From: Phoronis australis
Lineage: Eukaryota > Animalia > Phoronida
NCBI GenBank assembly: GCA_002633005.1
Contig: NMRA01000063.1
Location: 1,062,592 to 1,107,176 of the forward strand
Direction of reading: 5' to 3'
DNA: 44,585 bases
Position numbers and translations under genes: made by a program. Numbering within the stretch: position 1 is the stretch's first letter; each line of letters opens with the position of its first letter. Below are positions 25,001-36,263 of this stretch, piece by piece. Under the pieces are notes generated by a model. The model saw only the letters and a program-made list of their open reading frames with translations. It was not told the DNA's origin and made no database searches.

Positions 25001-28000
25001 TGTCTGCTTATCCCAACCCACTGTTGCGGGGGAACCCGACGGTTGAATAATGACGGGACAGGTTTTCACAGACGTGGGATCATTTTTTAATGGCCTGAAA
25101 TTCTTCAAATTAAATTTAGACCTTGTGAAAAACTAACCGGGCTCGGTTGGGTGTATTTCCATTCGGATTCGAGTGGGAAATTTTGTATTTTGGGTGAAGG
25201 TTGGATGCGCAATTCAGTCGTACAGGTTTGATATTTTGGTTACTATGCACTTTACTTTTAAGCAAGTTTCGTCACAAAACAGAGAGCTTGTAAGCAAGCA
25301 CTGTAAATCTAAAAAAATTCTGATATCAACTTCGACATAAGTACAGATTTTGTAGGGATTTGTTTGTTTTGATACAACAGAAAACATCTGATTTTGGAAA
25401 ACATAGTAAGAAATGATTTCAATAGAGAATACACAATTCACTTAGATGTACTGATTTCGGTGCCCCGGCTGGCGAGTAAGTTCGGGGGTGTTATTTTTCA
25501 GTACAAGTAAAAATACATATGATTGTCATTAATGCTAAATATTTACTTAAACATAATTAGCAAACAGCGTCATCATTGGATAACAGCATATGGTGGTCAA
25601 TAATTATCTTTTTAATCGATCTTATATGGTCTCAATCACCAAGACTGGTGTGGAAACAACGTATATAGTCGCTCCGCTTAAACTATGTTGGCAGAACATA
25701 AAAACCTAGTTGCAGCACCACTAAACTCCATGGCCGAACCAAAAAAACTCATGACTCAATGGCAGGACCAAACAAATTAACTCTTTGGCTGCAGGCATAA
25801 CACTGCGAGCCACAGCATTTCCAGACTGATGCCGTGGGGCTCTCAGTGCTTTCCGCCATTTTTGCCTTGTGTAGCACTCTCCAATATGGCGTCATAGTGA
25901 CAACGCGAGCTGCATGTATCTGAGTGGCACGCGCCCGGTCTATGTTATGTCTGGACTGTTGTATAACACTGCTACTAGCTGCAAAACAAATCACACGGGA
26001 GCGTAACCGCACATGAGCCTAACCGAACGTGATGTCTTAGTTACACTCTGACAAACAAACGAGTAAACAATTTTCTTTGAAAAAACGATTCATTTCAGAT
26101 ATAGGTGCAAGGGCCAAAATAGACGCATATACGGTGAATAAAGTTAAAATGATATTTTCAAGTCACTGAGAATACTGAGGAAATTATCTCTACCCTCTCA
26201 TCAATTGCTGCGCGGGTCATACACATATATATGAAAAATCCCACGAGCTTCAACAGACGAGAAATAACATACATCCCAGGTGTTGGCATATTTTACATGA
26301 CATGCAATGAGATTGCCAGCTGGTAGACAGGATACTGACCTGGTGATGAAAGCTGATTTGGCTTCCAGCATTATCTTCTTCTCAGAATAGATATGCTCTT
26401 GTTGGCGTGTCTCCACAATGTGGCGCTTCTTGAGACACTTCAGGGCAAATGTTTTACTCGAGTCCGTGCACAATTGAACCTGAAGTTTACGGATGTATCA
26501 TAGATAATGAACTACATGAAGGCATTGGCAAACAAGTGACATTTTGTGTCCATTAGTGCTATCTGACGAAAGATCGTTATGGACGATCAAGACTTTTCTC
26601 AAAAGGTTGGTTTAGACATGTGACTGTAATATCAATTTAAGTCATTACCCCCAGCTGAGACGAACAATGTCTCATAAAAGTGCAAAAACAAAATCGTAAA
26701 CGAGATTAATGAACATCTGCTGACGTATGATTACACCGATACATCGTACTCAAGGTAATCAAATCATTCTTAATCAAACGGTGCAAGAGTTACCATGGGA
26801 AAACTTCATAAAATTTCTGTTGGCTCTGAGATATTTAAAACAGCTTTTCGTTCTGATGAGCTAGCTAAAATGAGATTTGAATTAACCCTGTTTGTCTCAT
26901 TAAGTCGCTCTCATATTCCTTAATATAAAAGCATTTTATTTCCGTTTCCAACAAGAACATGTGTCAGCCACTCACGAATATATTTTAGAGCTAATTGCAG
27001 TTGGCCAACCCTAAAATGCGAATTCGAAAATGACGCACGTACGCATTGTCTTTGACGAGACAGTAACCGAGATAGAATTCTATCACGGTAAGGAAAATTG
27101 TGAGACTGATTTAATGAGAGTGAAAATTCTAGATTTAATTTTCGTTTTAGCCAGCTAACCAGAGCAAAATGTAGCATTGAGGTCTCCATTCTATGAAAAC
27201 TGGTGGTTTCTTGTACAAAAGACAATTTTAATGGAAACACGAAATACTATTCAAGTCAAAGAATGAGTAAAATTCAACTGACTATAATGCTAGTTGAAGT
27301 CACGTCACTTGTGTTAACTAAGTATGCAAACATGCAGAAAGTGTTTTAAGACTATGGATAACCTTTATCAGATTGTCAGTGCACACTAATGTCTTCACTG
27401 AAAGTGCATATTCTCTGAAGGTAGACAGCTTTTGATGCAACATTTAACTTGACATTTACTGGGTCACCTGACATAACATTAAAGAGAAATCGCACTTGTA
27501 GCAAATAACGTCATCGATGGCATGGCCAAATTTCTGAGGATCGTTAAAAATGAAATGTCAAGAACGTCAATCGGTCAACCTCAGTGTTTCAGAAAAAATG
27601 TTAAGAGTCACAATCCACAGCATCTTAGGTGAGCAATATGTGCAATGAACATGGGCCAATAAAGGCATTCTACCTTCAGTTGCACTGAATTAACAGGGTG
27701 TTGTAATACCCAACCCCCATATCCTACCAGAAAATTCCCGCAAGATGTTCATCAAGGTCTAGCAGAATTCTGTCTCGTTTATTTTGAAAATTGCAATACT
27801 TTCTCACTAAAAATCTTATGCTTGGATACTTTTTACTAAACAAACTCTCATAGAGTAAGTTAAAGTGCCTGTACAACCGTCTTCAATCGAGCATTTGATT
27901 TTTACCTGTTACCCCTGAGACGGGTGTTTAAGGTGGTAGTTATTCCTAGAGACCATGCTCGGCGTTTAAAATGACACGCCGTGACAAGACAATTGGGTAG

Positions 28001-31000
28001 TCTCAATCAGCAACTAAGTGCCAGCTCTTTAGAAGCTTTCACATCATCTTCCGTACAACTATGAAACAATTTCATAATCGTAAGTCGTCTACATCAAAAG
28101 TTGATTTTGGTGATGGAAGGCGGTTTATTGCCACTTTAATATTCCCGCCATAAAACCTACAACAAGGTTAAATTTCACCAGAAGATAAAAGATAGGATGT
28201 ATGTGTCAAGTACCTAGTACCGCGAGCTAAGCATTATTTGGGTATAGTAAGCCCAGTTCCCACGTACCAGTTCCACTCGACCAAATCCTCCCATTCCAAG
28301 GGTTGCTATCAAGTCCAAGTCCTTAAGGTCCACGAAATCATACTCGCTTCTGCTAGCCACGACCTTGTGCCCTGGACTGATGGGCTCACCTGAACTTGTG
28401 CTACTTTGCTGACTAAGTCTACGAAAGAGAAAGAACATATTAGAATTAATCCATAATTAAATCATTTCCCAAAACACTCGTATGAAAAACATTAACCAGT
28501 ACTTACATAAAACAAATAGTATGATAAGAATAAGCAAAAGTCGAACGGCCATCCTAAAACTTTTAATTTGTTTGGAATGTTTTTGCGGATCCTTCCGACG
28601 AAGCAGCAGAGATGGTCAGTCACATACATGTAAAACTTGATGACTTGGTGACAGTGTACAACCAGAAGTGATCTGTTTGTATTTTCAGACCTGGGGGTCA
28701 TCTGTTTGGACAAGGATGTCGTTTTCTATCTTGGTACGACATAGTTGATGTGTTAGTGTAAACATGGTTTAACTGGCGAGTATGAAGGAAATTACCTGCG
28801 AGCAAAATGTTTTATGTCGACTAAAAGTTTTGGTTCGGCTCAGGTTCGGGTTTGCTTCCTAGTCTAAGACATCGTTAGCACAAATCAAATACACCAGCCA
28901 CGCATCTGGCACACATATACAGTTTGTACATTAAAGAATACTGAAAATAAGACTCAATTTAAAACCAGTAAAAATACGTCTATAAGATAAAATACGCATT
29001 GCATGAAAAGGGAATCACAAAGGCATTGAAATAAATGTGGAGAGAACAAAAAAACGAGAATTATAAGCAGAGAAGCAAGAGCAAAGTGTTAAGCAGGAAT
29101 CAAAGAATGATGCACACATGGTATTTTCATAACGAAATATTTCGAACCAATATGAAAATCCAAGCGAAGTGTTATCAATGATTAGATTTTGTCACAACTG
29201 TTTTGTGAGTTGGAGTGTTCATGTATAGCTTAGAAGCTGAGCGTCAAAAGATACTGTTCAATTGAACATGTTGTTCTTGAAAGAGAAATAAAAATTGCAG
29301 ACAAACAACTTCAACAAATAAGTGGGTGAATATGTGCAACAAAATGTCAGTAATAATCGTTCACGATTTAACAAAATGTCAGTAATAATCGTTCACGATT
29401 TAACAAATGCCTTGGAATGAGACAAAAGCAGACAAGACACATGATGGCCATGGCTAACATGATTACATACACTGACTGGCTGGATGAGCCGGTTGATACT
29501 CCTGACGTGGATTTAGTATCTCTGGATATGGGCTTATCCCTCTGTGTACTGAGTTGTGTACTAGCAAGTCTATATCTAAAGAAAATGTGTACTTCACATT
29601 GTAATCATACAACATCTTACACAACACAAACGAAAGAATACTCAAATAAAAGTGAACAACACCAAACAGGTTGAGTTGTAGGCATTGAAAAATAATCAAA
29701 GGGTGAAAATATCAAAGTTTCACAACACTAAAATAGTTTATAACCATTTTTAACACAAGTATATCTAATTCAAACAAATAAGCTTTTAAGTCGATTCTGT
29801 AAGACAGCTGCAAAAAGCACGATCGCACTCGATAGTTTAACATGCGATCAGTAGCTTTTAGAATGTACCAATCAAAGCTGCCACAAGCGTTCTGGCGTCG
29901 GCAACGCTCTGACGTGATTTGTCCTTACAAACTACATATTATGACGTCACAAGTGCACTTTATCTAAACCTACCGGTGCAATTTTTCTTCTTCATCTCCA
30001 TAATCTCTATCTTTTAGGGCGTTGAGATCTCCAATCAACTGTATGAACGAACTGCAAAGAGACAATAACATACAATTACTGACTTTCACCACGGACAATG
30101 CGTTGGTTTTCAGACTCCAAAATTGAAGTAATGCCCAAAACGAAGTCGAAGTGAGTTAAAAAATTCAGATTCTGCCTAAATCACACAACGATCATTATCT
30201 TGTCAAACGCTACTCAGGTCCAATACTGTGGTGAAATTGATTTAAAAATTTTCTTTGACTTGTCTGTTTTCAAGAAGAACATAAAATCCCTAAACAGATT
30301 AAAAAACGCGTCGGCAAATCGTCGACTTTATTGGGTTTGGCAATCCCTGAAATCCGGAAACGAACGCTGCGGGGCAGGGAATTCCATTCAAAGATAGGTC
30401 AGTCAAACGACACAACAATTACCTTTTTCCTTAGTACATGATAAAACTAAGTAGAGTTCAATAGATGCCTCGAAGATAGCAAATATAGCCAAATCACGTG
30501 CTATCATAGAAAACACGCAGTAATATCTCGCGCAATCTCACGAGATTTTACATTTTTAGCGAGGTACTAAAGTTAATGGACTCTACAGGGCTTGGAATGA
30601 CCAATGACAATAAAGAGGAAAATTTTCCAGGTGATGTATCGTTTCACAAATAAATAGGCTTGCGTGATAGAAATTTATCTGCGTTGTAAAACTTAACTGA
30701 AATAAAAATTTTTGCATGAATGCATGAAGTCAAAATAACGATAAAAAAGAGTTGAAAAAAGAGGAAACTGGTTATCAAATAATAGGGAATCGAAATCACA
30801 AAAGAAGAAATCCTTTTAAAAGAAGAAAATTCTAAGCCCTGACTCCACACTGGTTGCTGAATTTTGACAGTTTTTTTTTTCTCGTGGCAAAGTCAGATGT
30901 GTATTTTATGAAGACGGAGCGAGTTGATCAACGGAAAATCCTAGTTGACGGACACTGTGTCATCCTAGCGTGTGCAATGTTTTGTACTTTGACTTACCGA

Positions 31001-34000
31001 CTCATTCAACACCAATTGGGACTGCTTAGGCATATTGTAGCAATGTTTTTAAACCCGTAAATTCTTTGGTCAAAAATTCAAAATATTGAAACGGTGACTG
31101 CTCAACAGTGAGAAATACACACGCATTAAACCGGTGAACTTCGTCATCGGCCTCATCTTTTTCCTTAGTCTGTTTGGAACAACTCTTAGTTTGTTACTGC
31201 ATCACAACAGGATGAATATGTTTGATGTCCCTGGCACCACCTCGAATAAGTATGGCCGTTAGGACAATTATAAGCGTTTTGTTGCAACCAATTTCAACTG
31301 AAACAAAGGATAACTTTGGAAGAGCAAACATGGCTGTGGCCAAAGCTGTTTTTAAACACCAGGACATGACTTATTTGGCAGCTTTTAAACTTGTAAACTT
31401 AGCCAAGAACACTGTCTGGTCGCACCAAAACAAGTTATTCCATTTCGTGATAAGAATCTTGATAAAACTTGGTTGTTTGCACTCCGTTTACCTTTTCAAA
31501 ATATGCCAACCAGTCAATGTACAATTAAGCAACTTAATAACATCAAGTAACAGTTAGTGGTGGCTTTGATCAGAATATTAATATTACTGGTAATTCAGAA
31601 AACTATGAAGTACACATTCCCTCGAATACTTTTAAAATTGCCCTTTAATACGATTTTCCAAATCTATATATGAACGTGTGCACTATGCCGAGTACAAGAA
31701 TGTCCAGCATTTCCAAAGACTGATATTTAAAAGTAGCCCTTAAAACAAAATACCATACAATATACAGCAACCCAGTCCTTGTTAGCTGCCGCATGAAACC
31801 CAAATCACACATAACAGTGAACATATTGGATATACATGTACATAATGCGATTTCTGCCATTTCATACACTTGGGCTTAAATGTTGGTATGAATGAAATTG
31901 ATAGCCCAATTTTTAGCATTGTAAGAAACATTGTTATTACTGGCAAGTTACACGGTGTGGTAGTGAAGACTTTTTTCGTGTTTACTTTTAAAGGTGAATA
32001 AACCCTTTGTACTCTTTGTGTAATGTTCTAAGTCCTGCACATTGTTGTAAGGTGCGATATCAACACATTCAGTTTAATGTAAGGGGCGATATCAAAATTG
32101 TTTTAAATGTTACAAAGCCCCACCCAAAAACAAATGTTAGCTGAGTCTGTGCCAACCAGAACACTTATCGAAGTAAGATTCTACGGTAGATTTTTTCTTC
32201 TATAATTTACTTTTCCTCATTTGGAACACCAGTCCAGCTTTTGGGATGAACCGTTTACGCAAGCCATGTTTAGTGACTTACTCGCGATCAAGAGTCAAGC
32301 ACTCGACGCCAGGGGGCAGAGCAAGTACATTAGCCGTGCGCCTCTCTTCACTAATGAGCGCTTTCTCGCCAAAGAAGTCTCCCCGGCCCAGGCGCCTTAG
32401 CTCTTGTTCACCACCATCTACCTTCTTCGTAATTCTCACCTGTAAAGAGATTGGGAATATTGACACACACACACGCACGCACACACACCTTTTAATTAAA
32501 TGCCTTGTATTGAAAAGCTATAGCACCTGCTTTCTATCCGTCAAACAATACGAGTCGACCAGGAAATCAGGCAATTAAAATGCTAAACTTGAGCTGAAGA
32601 GCAAACATTGGATACTGTCAGTCTGTTAATTAAGAAAAGAAAGGTCCATGCATTCTGCTAACTCCGGGTAAATATGCATTGACATGCCAGACTTTGGCAT
32701 CACTTTGTAATTGGTTGTAATGCAAATGACGAAATTCCGACCCTAGATCAAGATGGCTTCAGTCTCCATCCAATAACAACTGGTCAGAGGTCAGGCCACT
32801 AACTTCATTCCTGGGCTAATGATGATCTAACGTCTGGTATCAATTTCTGTTAGTTTTGCTAATATTACAAAGGTCATCCCTGTGAAGCAGATTTTACAAT
32901 AAGTGTAAACAAGGATTGAAACGAAGACTGAAATTAATTCGAACAATTTTACTAGCTTGAACTTAAAAATTAATTATGTTGAAGACTCACTGCCCAAAAC
33001 GCGTCGTCAGCAAAACAGTCTTAATGTGGTGCATGCATGCTGACTTCACCGACATTGAACATAAGTTATCGAATTAAAAACATCCCCAGTAAATAACTAT
33101 GTGGAGGAACGTGGTCTTTTGATGAACACAATGATATACTAACCTCTCCCTTATTGATAATGAAGAAGGTGTCCCCTGCGTATCCCTCTCGGATGATGTA
33201 ATCGCCTTCGGGATAAAAGTCGAGGTCAAGAACGTCTGCAATCTTGGCCAGTTTGTCCGTTGGCAGAGATTTGAGAAGTGGAACGCTGGAATACAGCGGA
33301 CATACTTACGGTTCTTGTAGCCACTAGGTTTTTCATTTTAGTTTTTATGGAAAAAATGCAAGGAGCAATTTAAGTTGATGTTTTGTTGTAAACGCATACG
33401 ACCGCCTTCCATAAGCTTCAGCTTCCGCAAACCGAGGAAACCTCGGGTTAGATGACGATCACACACTAACATATTTAAACCATGGACTTTCATTTTATCA
33501 TGATACTAACACATTTTTAGTTGGGACTTTTGTATTCCTCTTTACCCGTACCTGCGTAAAAGTTTTATGTTTTCTTGCTGCCTTTGGAGACCAGTTTTCA
33601 TCATAATCGCCTGAAACACTCGTCTGTCGAGAACCCATAGTCGGCAGTTTTCAACAGCTACAAGATAAGAAATGAGAAAAGTGACCGAGTTGCGCATGAA
33701 TTTCATGACTTCCTGGAAACCATTTTGGTTTCTGAACTTATAAAATTGGACAAGTAATATATGTTAATTATGTTAATTACTTTGTGTGAGAGGGATGATG
33801 TACAGTCACATAGATTATGTATATGTATAATTTACTTAACAAAGAGTTGGTTTATAAATTAGTTTAATGTATTCTGTCTGCTTAGTATTCCGAAAAGTAT
33901 ACAATAAGAAAATAATGACGACAACTTAAATCAATCTAATAAAGTAATTTACGGCGCTGTACCCCAGAGACTGCAATCTCTAATGAAAATGAAATGCTCA

Positions 34001-35054
34001 AAAGGCCAAAGTACCTCGTACTGAAGCGGTCCTCGTGCAGTTATATAGAATAGCTAATTCACCGAAGACTCGTCCCGGAGGAATCTGGCCCAGGGTTTTA
34101 CCATCTTTATTGACCTCACACAAGCCCTCTGAAATGAACAGTCTCTTATTATACATTGTACATGTAAATAGACACAACTATCTCTTAACGCTTTAACAGT
34201 AGCATTAGCAGGGCTCCTTTTCATTCCTCTTATTCAGAGAATGGTCAATGTCCTGACCAGTCTGTTTCTTTCACCGCGTGACACAGCCAAGTTATTGGTA
34301 CAAATTTGGTGAGGAAAGTCATAGTTACACCACTTGATTTTATGGCCCACGTTACTTGGGCGTCGGGTCATACGATCGCGTCACTCCATGCTAAGACTCT
34401 AGTCAGGACGCCAGGCACGCGGTTGGCTTCGTACAATCTAAAACTGGGCCTTCTGTCATTTTGCGACAGTATTCGATTCTTTATTTTGGAAACTGTTTAG
34501 TTAAATAGCCTATGGTGATGCTCAACCTTGGTATAGGGAAAAATCTGTTATTCTGCTATCGTTCTGTACAAAGTCAATTAATCGGAATCCAGTGACTACT
34601 TAGCGGTTCTAATTATATAATATAATCAGTAGTACACAACGAGGTCTGAAGGACTGTGTCGGTAATGTGCAGTCACCAGCTAAATAACGAACCACGCGGA
34701 GTGTGGCCTTGTGGAGGCGAGTTTTTAAAAGCATTGGGGTTACGGCAACTTAACATCTAATCATAAGCTACAGTTCCGTACGTCGTGCCAATGTCAAGTT
34801 TCAGTAATGAACAGAACGCTACATATTCGTTCGAGGACAGACGCTATTATCTTAGGATGGGATGAAGGAGCCTCGACGGCCTCTTACCTGCCAATATGTA
34901 CACATGCTTGCCAATTTCTCCCTCCTGTATAATGAACTCTTCCTGTCGCACTGCACGCGGGTACATGCAGTCAACAAATTCTCTAATTTGGGTAGAGTCC
35001 AAGTTTTTGAGGAAATCGTTATCTTGGATAGCATCTTTCATTAATTGCTTAGAT
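15948..35054 (-). CDS. PRKG: cGMP-dependent protein kinase (PKG), 5'-partial spliced gene; resembles the dg1/Pkg21D (PKG2-like) type
   Basis: complement(join(15948..16043,17257..17323,18445..18630,19529..19692,20562..20793,26340..26479,28268..28418,[29471..29575],29974..30051,32282..32439,33144..33285,33552..33657,34015..34128,34888..35054)). All introns are GT-AG and phase-consistent; 1801 nt without the bracketed exon. Motifs: [20 protein letters not shown]...[60 protein letters not shown]. Confidence 0.96.
16610..16716. repeat. 9-bp perfect tandem repeat (tagtactaa)x12
   Basis: Read directly; lies in the last PKG intron. Confidence 0.98.
17257..17323 (-). CDS. PRKG: PKG exon (67 nt), AGC C-tail
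   Basis: ttatag|; [23 protein letters not shown]; |gtttgt. Confidence 0.95.
17460..17857. mobile_element. Foldback-type MITE with ~160-bp inverted arms built of ~20-bp subrepeats
   Basis: Arm 17460-17620 (ttcaaggtacccaaactacacggtcaacgg...acggactcat) is the reverse complement of 17701-17857. No clear TSD; superfamily not assigned. Confidence 0.75.
18445..18630 (-). CDS. PRKG: PKG exon (186 nt), kinase C-lobe
   Basis: tttttcag|; [62 protein letters not shown]; |gtacgc. Confidence 0.96.
18935..19300. repeat. Degenerate (ATC)n-derived low-complexity tract
   Basis: catcat/atcatc-rich intronic tract; source of the Ile/Thr/Met-rich spurious ORFs. Confidence 0.8.
19529..19692 (-). CDS. PRKG: PKG exon (164 nt), DFG and activation loop
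   Basis: ctatag|; [54 protein letters not shown]; |gtatgt. Confidence 0.97.
19786..20534 (+). mobile_element. Helentron-associated (HINE/DINE-1-like) non-autonomous element
   Basis: Begins aaacaagag, then a 20-bp tandem array, a GACG-type microsatellite (20409-20485), a terminal stem-loop atgcg...cgcat (20501-20529) and aaaaa. Called from architecture only. Confidence 0.55.
19798..19902 (+). repeat. 20-bp tandem repeat x5
   Basis: Unit cgcaaaacgctgaact(g/t)tac. Confidence 0.95.
20562..20793 (-). CDS. PRKG: PKG exon (232 nt), hinge to catalytic loop
   Basis: tttcag|; [30 protein letters not shown]...[22 protein letters not shown]; |gtaagt. Confidence 0.97.
23558..25952. mobile_element. Unclassified TIR element (catagac... 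termini), ~2.4 kb, non-autonomous
   Basis: Left end catagacata...atagaccgggcgc...tgacgccatattggagggtgctac. Right end gtagcactctccaatatggcgtca...gcgcccggtctatgttatgtct. Flanked by ~80-bp direct repeats. Confidence 0.65.
26340..26479 (-). CDS. PRKG: PKG exon (140 nt), catalytic Lys and helix C
   Basis: cttcag|; [46 protein letters not shown]; |gtcagt. Confidence 0.96.
28268..28418 (-). CDS. PRKG: PKG exon (151 nt), linker and glycine-rich loop
   Basis: tctttcgtag|; [50 protein letters not shown]; |gtacgt. Confidence 0.93.
29338..29407 (+). repeat. 32-bp perfect tandem duplication
   Basis: aacaaaatgtcagtaataatcgttcacgattt x2. Confidence 0.95.
29471..29575 (-). CDS. PRKG: Candidate alternative (cassette) PKG exon, 105 nt, Ser/Thr-rich linker
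   Basis: Acceptor cattttctttag|, donor |gtatgt, phase 2-2 like its host intron, open in the PKG frame: (R)[34 protein letters not shown](V). No homology or RNA support available. Confidence 0.6.
29974..30051 (-). CDS. PRKG: PKG exon (78 nt), end of domain B
   Basis: ttgcag|; [26 protein letters not shown]; |gtaggt. Confidence 0.93.
32282..32439 (-). CDS. PRKG: PKG exon (158 nt), phosphate-binding cassette B
   Basis: ttacag|; [52 protein letters not shown]; |gtaagt. Confidence 0.96.
33144..33285 (-). CDS. PRKG: PKG exon (142 nt), start of cGMP-binding domain B
   Basis: ttccag|; [48 protein letters not shown]; |gttagt. Confidence 0.95.
33552..33657 (-). CDS. PRKG: PKG exon (106 nt)
   Basis: ttgtag|; [35 protein letters not shown]; |gtacgg. 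Confidence 0.95.
34015..34128 (-). CDS. PRKG: PKG exon (114 nt), phosphate-binding cassette A
   Basis: tttcag|; [38 protein letters not shown]; |gtactt. Not in the ORF track. Confidence 0.96.
34888..35054 (-). CDS. PRKG: PKG exon (167 nt), start of cGMP-binding domain A
   Basis: tttcag|A TCT AAG..; [32 protein letters not shown]...[15 protein letters not shown]; |gtaaga. Confidence 0.95.
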
Positions 35055-35547
35055 CTGAAAGTGAATCGAATAACTCATATTAATTACAAACCAGTAACAA
35101 CTCGTACACTACTGAAATTTAAATCAATACTTGATGACGATATTTTTGGTGGGTGGCAAGTTGCGTGCAATAGGTTAGCCTGTTAGATAGCTTCTGATGA
35201 GCAAACACCATACATGCATGTATACCGTTGGCAGTACTTTTGGATTTATTAATTAAGCCAATTTAATGTCGTTTCTTTTCTGGGGCGGAACGTTAGCCTA
35301 TGCTAGATTTCCAACGTTTGGCCTTGCTGCCGGTTTTTATCCGGAGATAAGTTTTTATCTGGAAGTTGTGAGCATGGTAATTTGCGCTGACAAATGTTCT
35401 ACATTCCCGGCACATCCCATTTAACGTGCGCTGGCCTTCGGGTACCACTGATCGGATGTTGAATTTCGCGCGATGTGTGTGTAGTAGGTCATCTATGAAA
35501 GTGACAAGTCGTGTTTCGCATGATATACGGCATGCTGCCAGGCGTAT

Positions 35548-35692
35548 CATGGGCGGCGCAGCCCTGAAAAAAGTGGGGGGCTAAAGCTCCCTCAGCCCCC
35601 CTGTGGTGCACCGTCTATAGACCATATGCGGCGAAGCACTGAAAAAGTGGAGGGGCTATAGCCCCCCCTTCCCCTATGGTGCGCCGCCCATG
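35548..35692. mobile_element. Short MITE, apparently a tandem dimer of a ~70-bp unit
   Basis: Outer TIR catgggcggcgca...tgcgccgcccatg; internal ctgaaaaagtgg.ggggcta.agc.ccc occurs twice. Confidence 0.6.
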
Positions 35693-35696
35693 ATAG

Positions 35697-35866
35697 TATA
35701 TTTTTGTGTTAAGATGAGGCATAATGTTACTGACAACTATGAGCTCCATAAGTTTGATACATATGCAGGTGATTGATATTGCGCGGTAATTTGAAGCCAA
35801 CGGTTTTATCGTCTTTTTTGAAGATGGGTGCTACATAAGCACGTGGCCATTCTGACGGGATGATTG
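35697..35866 (-). mobile_element. LINE (CR1/L2-group-like) reverse transcriptase fragment
   Basis: IIPSEWPRAYVAPIFKKDDKT /frameshift/ ASNYRAISITCICIKLMELIVVSNIMPHL matches the W..A.V.PIFKKG....NYRPISLT motif of non-LTR ORF2. Confidence 0.85.
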
Positions 35867-36263
35867 AATGAATGCAGTTGGGCATGCCAATTGTGTTTAA
35901 TGTTCACTAACATTTACGTCATCAAAAGCAAACATGACCAAGGTTGTAGCATTACACAGAACGTAAAAGAGAAACAACGAACATAACTCGATACAACTGT
36001 GCAGGTAAATATCAAAAGAGAGATAACATACCCATTGTCTTATACAAACGATTGTGTTAGTGTCGCTGTGGGATTATATGGTACTTAATGCAATAAGATT
36101 TCCCAGTGTTTTTCATAAGTTCGCTGAGCTCACCATACCGTCAAAGTACCATTATTGTGCCGCGGCAATGGGATAACAATTTACACAAAAACTGAATGAC
36201 CAACCTCTCAAAATGCATAACTGACAGAAAGAGATTTTCGTGCCTGTCAGCGATGTCTATATT

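Noticed and set aside
30998-31033. ATG...[12 protein letters not shown] followed by a strong gtaagt donor as an internal alternative first exon
   Set aside because: The donor is phase 0 while the next acceptors (30051, 29575, 28418) are phase 2.
31132-31183. Segment reading ..[12 protein letters not shown](R), resembling the end of the 78-nt exon (DEEEKLH-R), as a mutually exclusive exon
   Set aside because: No good phase-2 acceptor, a weak donor (gtttaa), and it lacks the conserved SFxxLIGDL helix.
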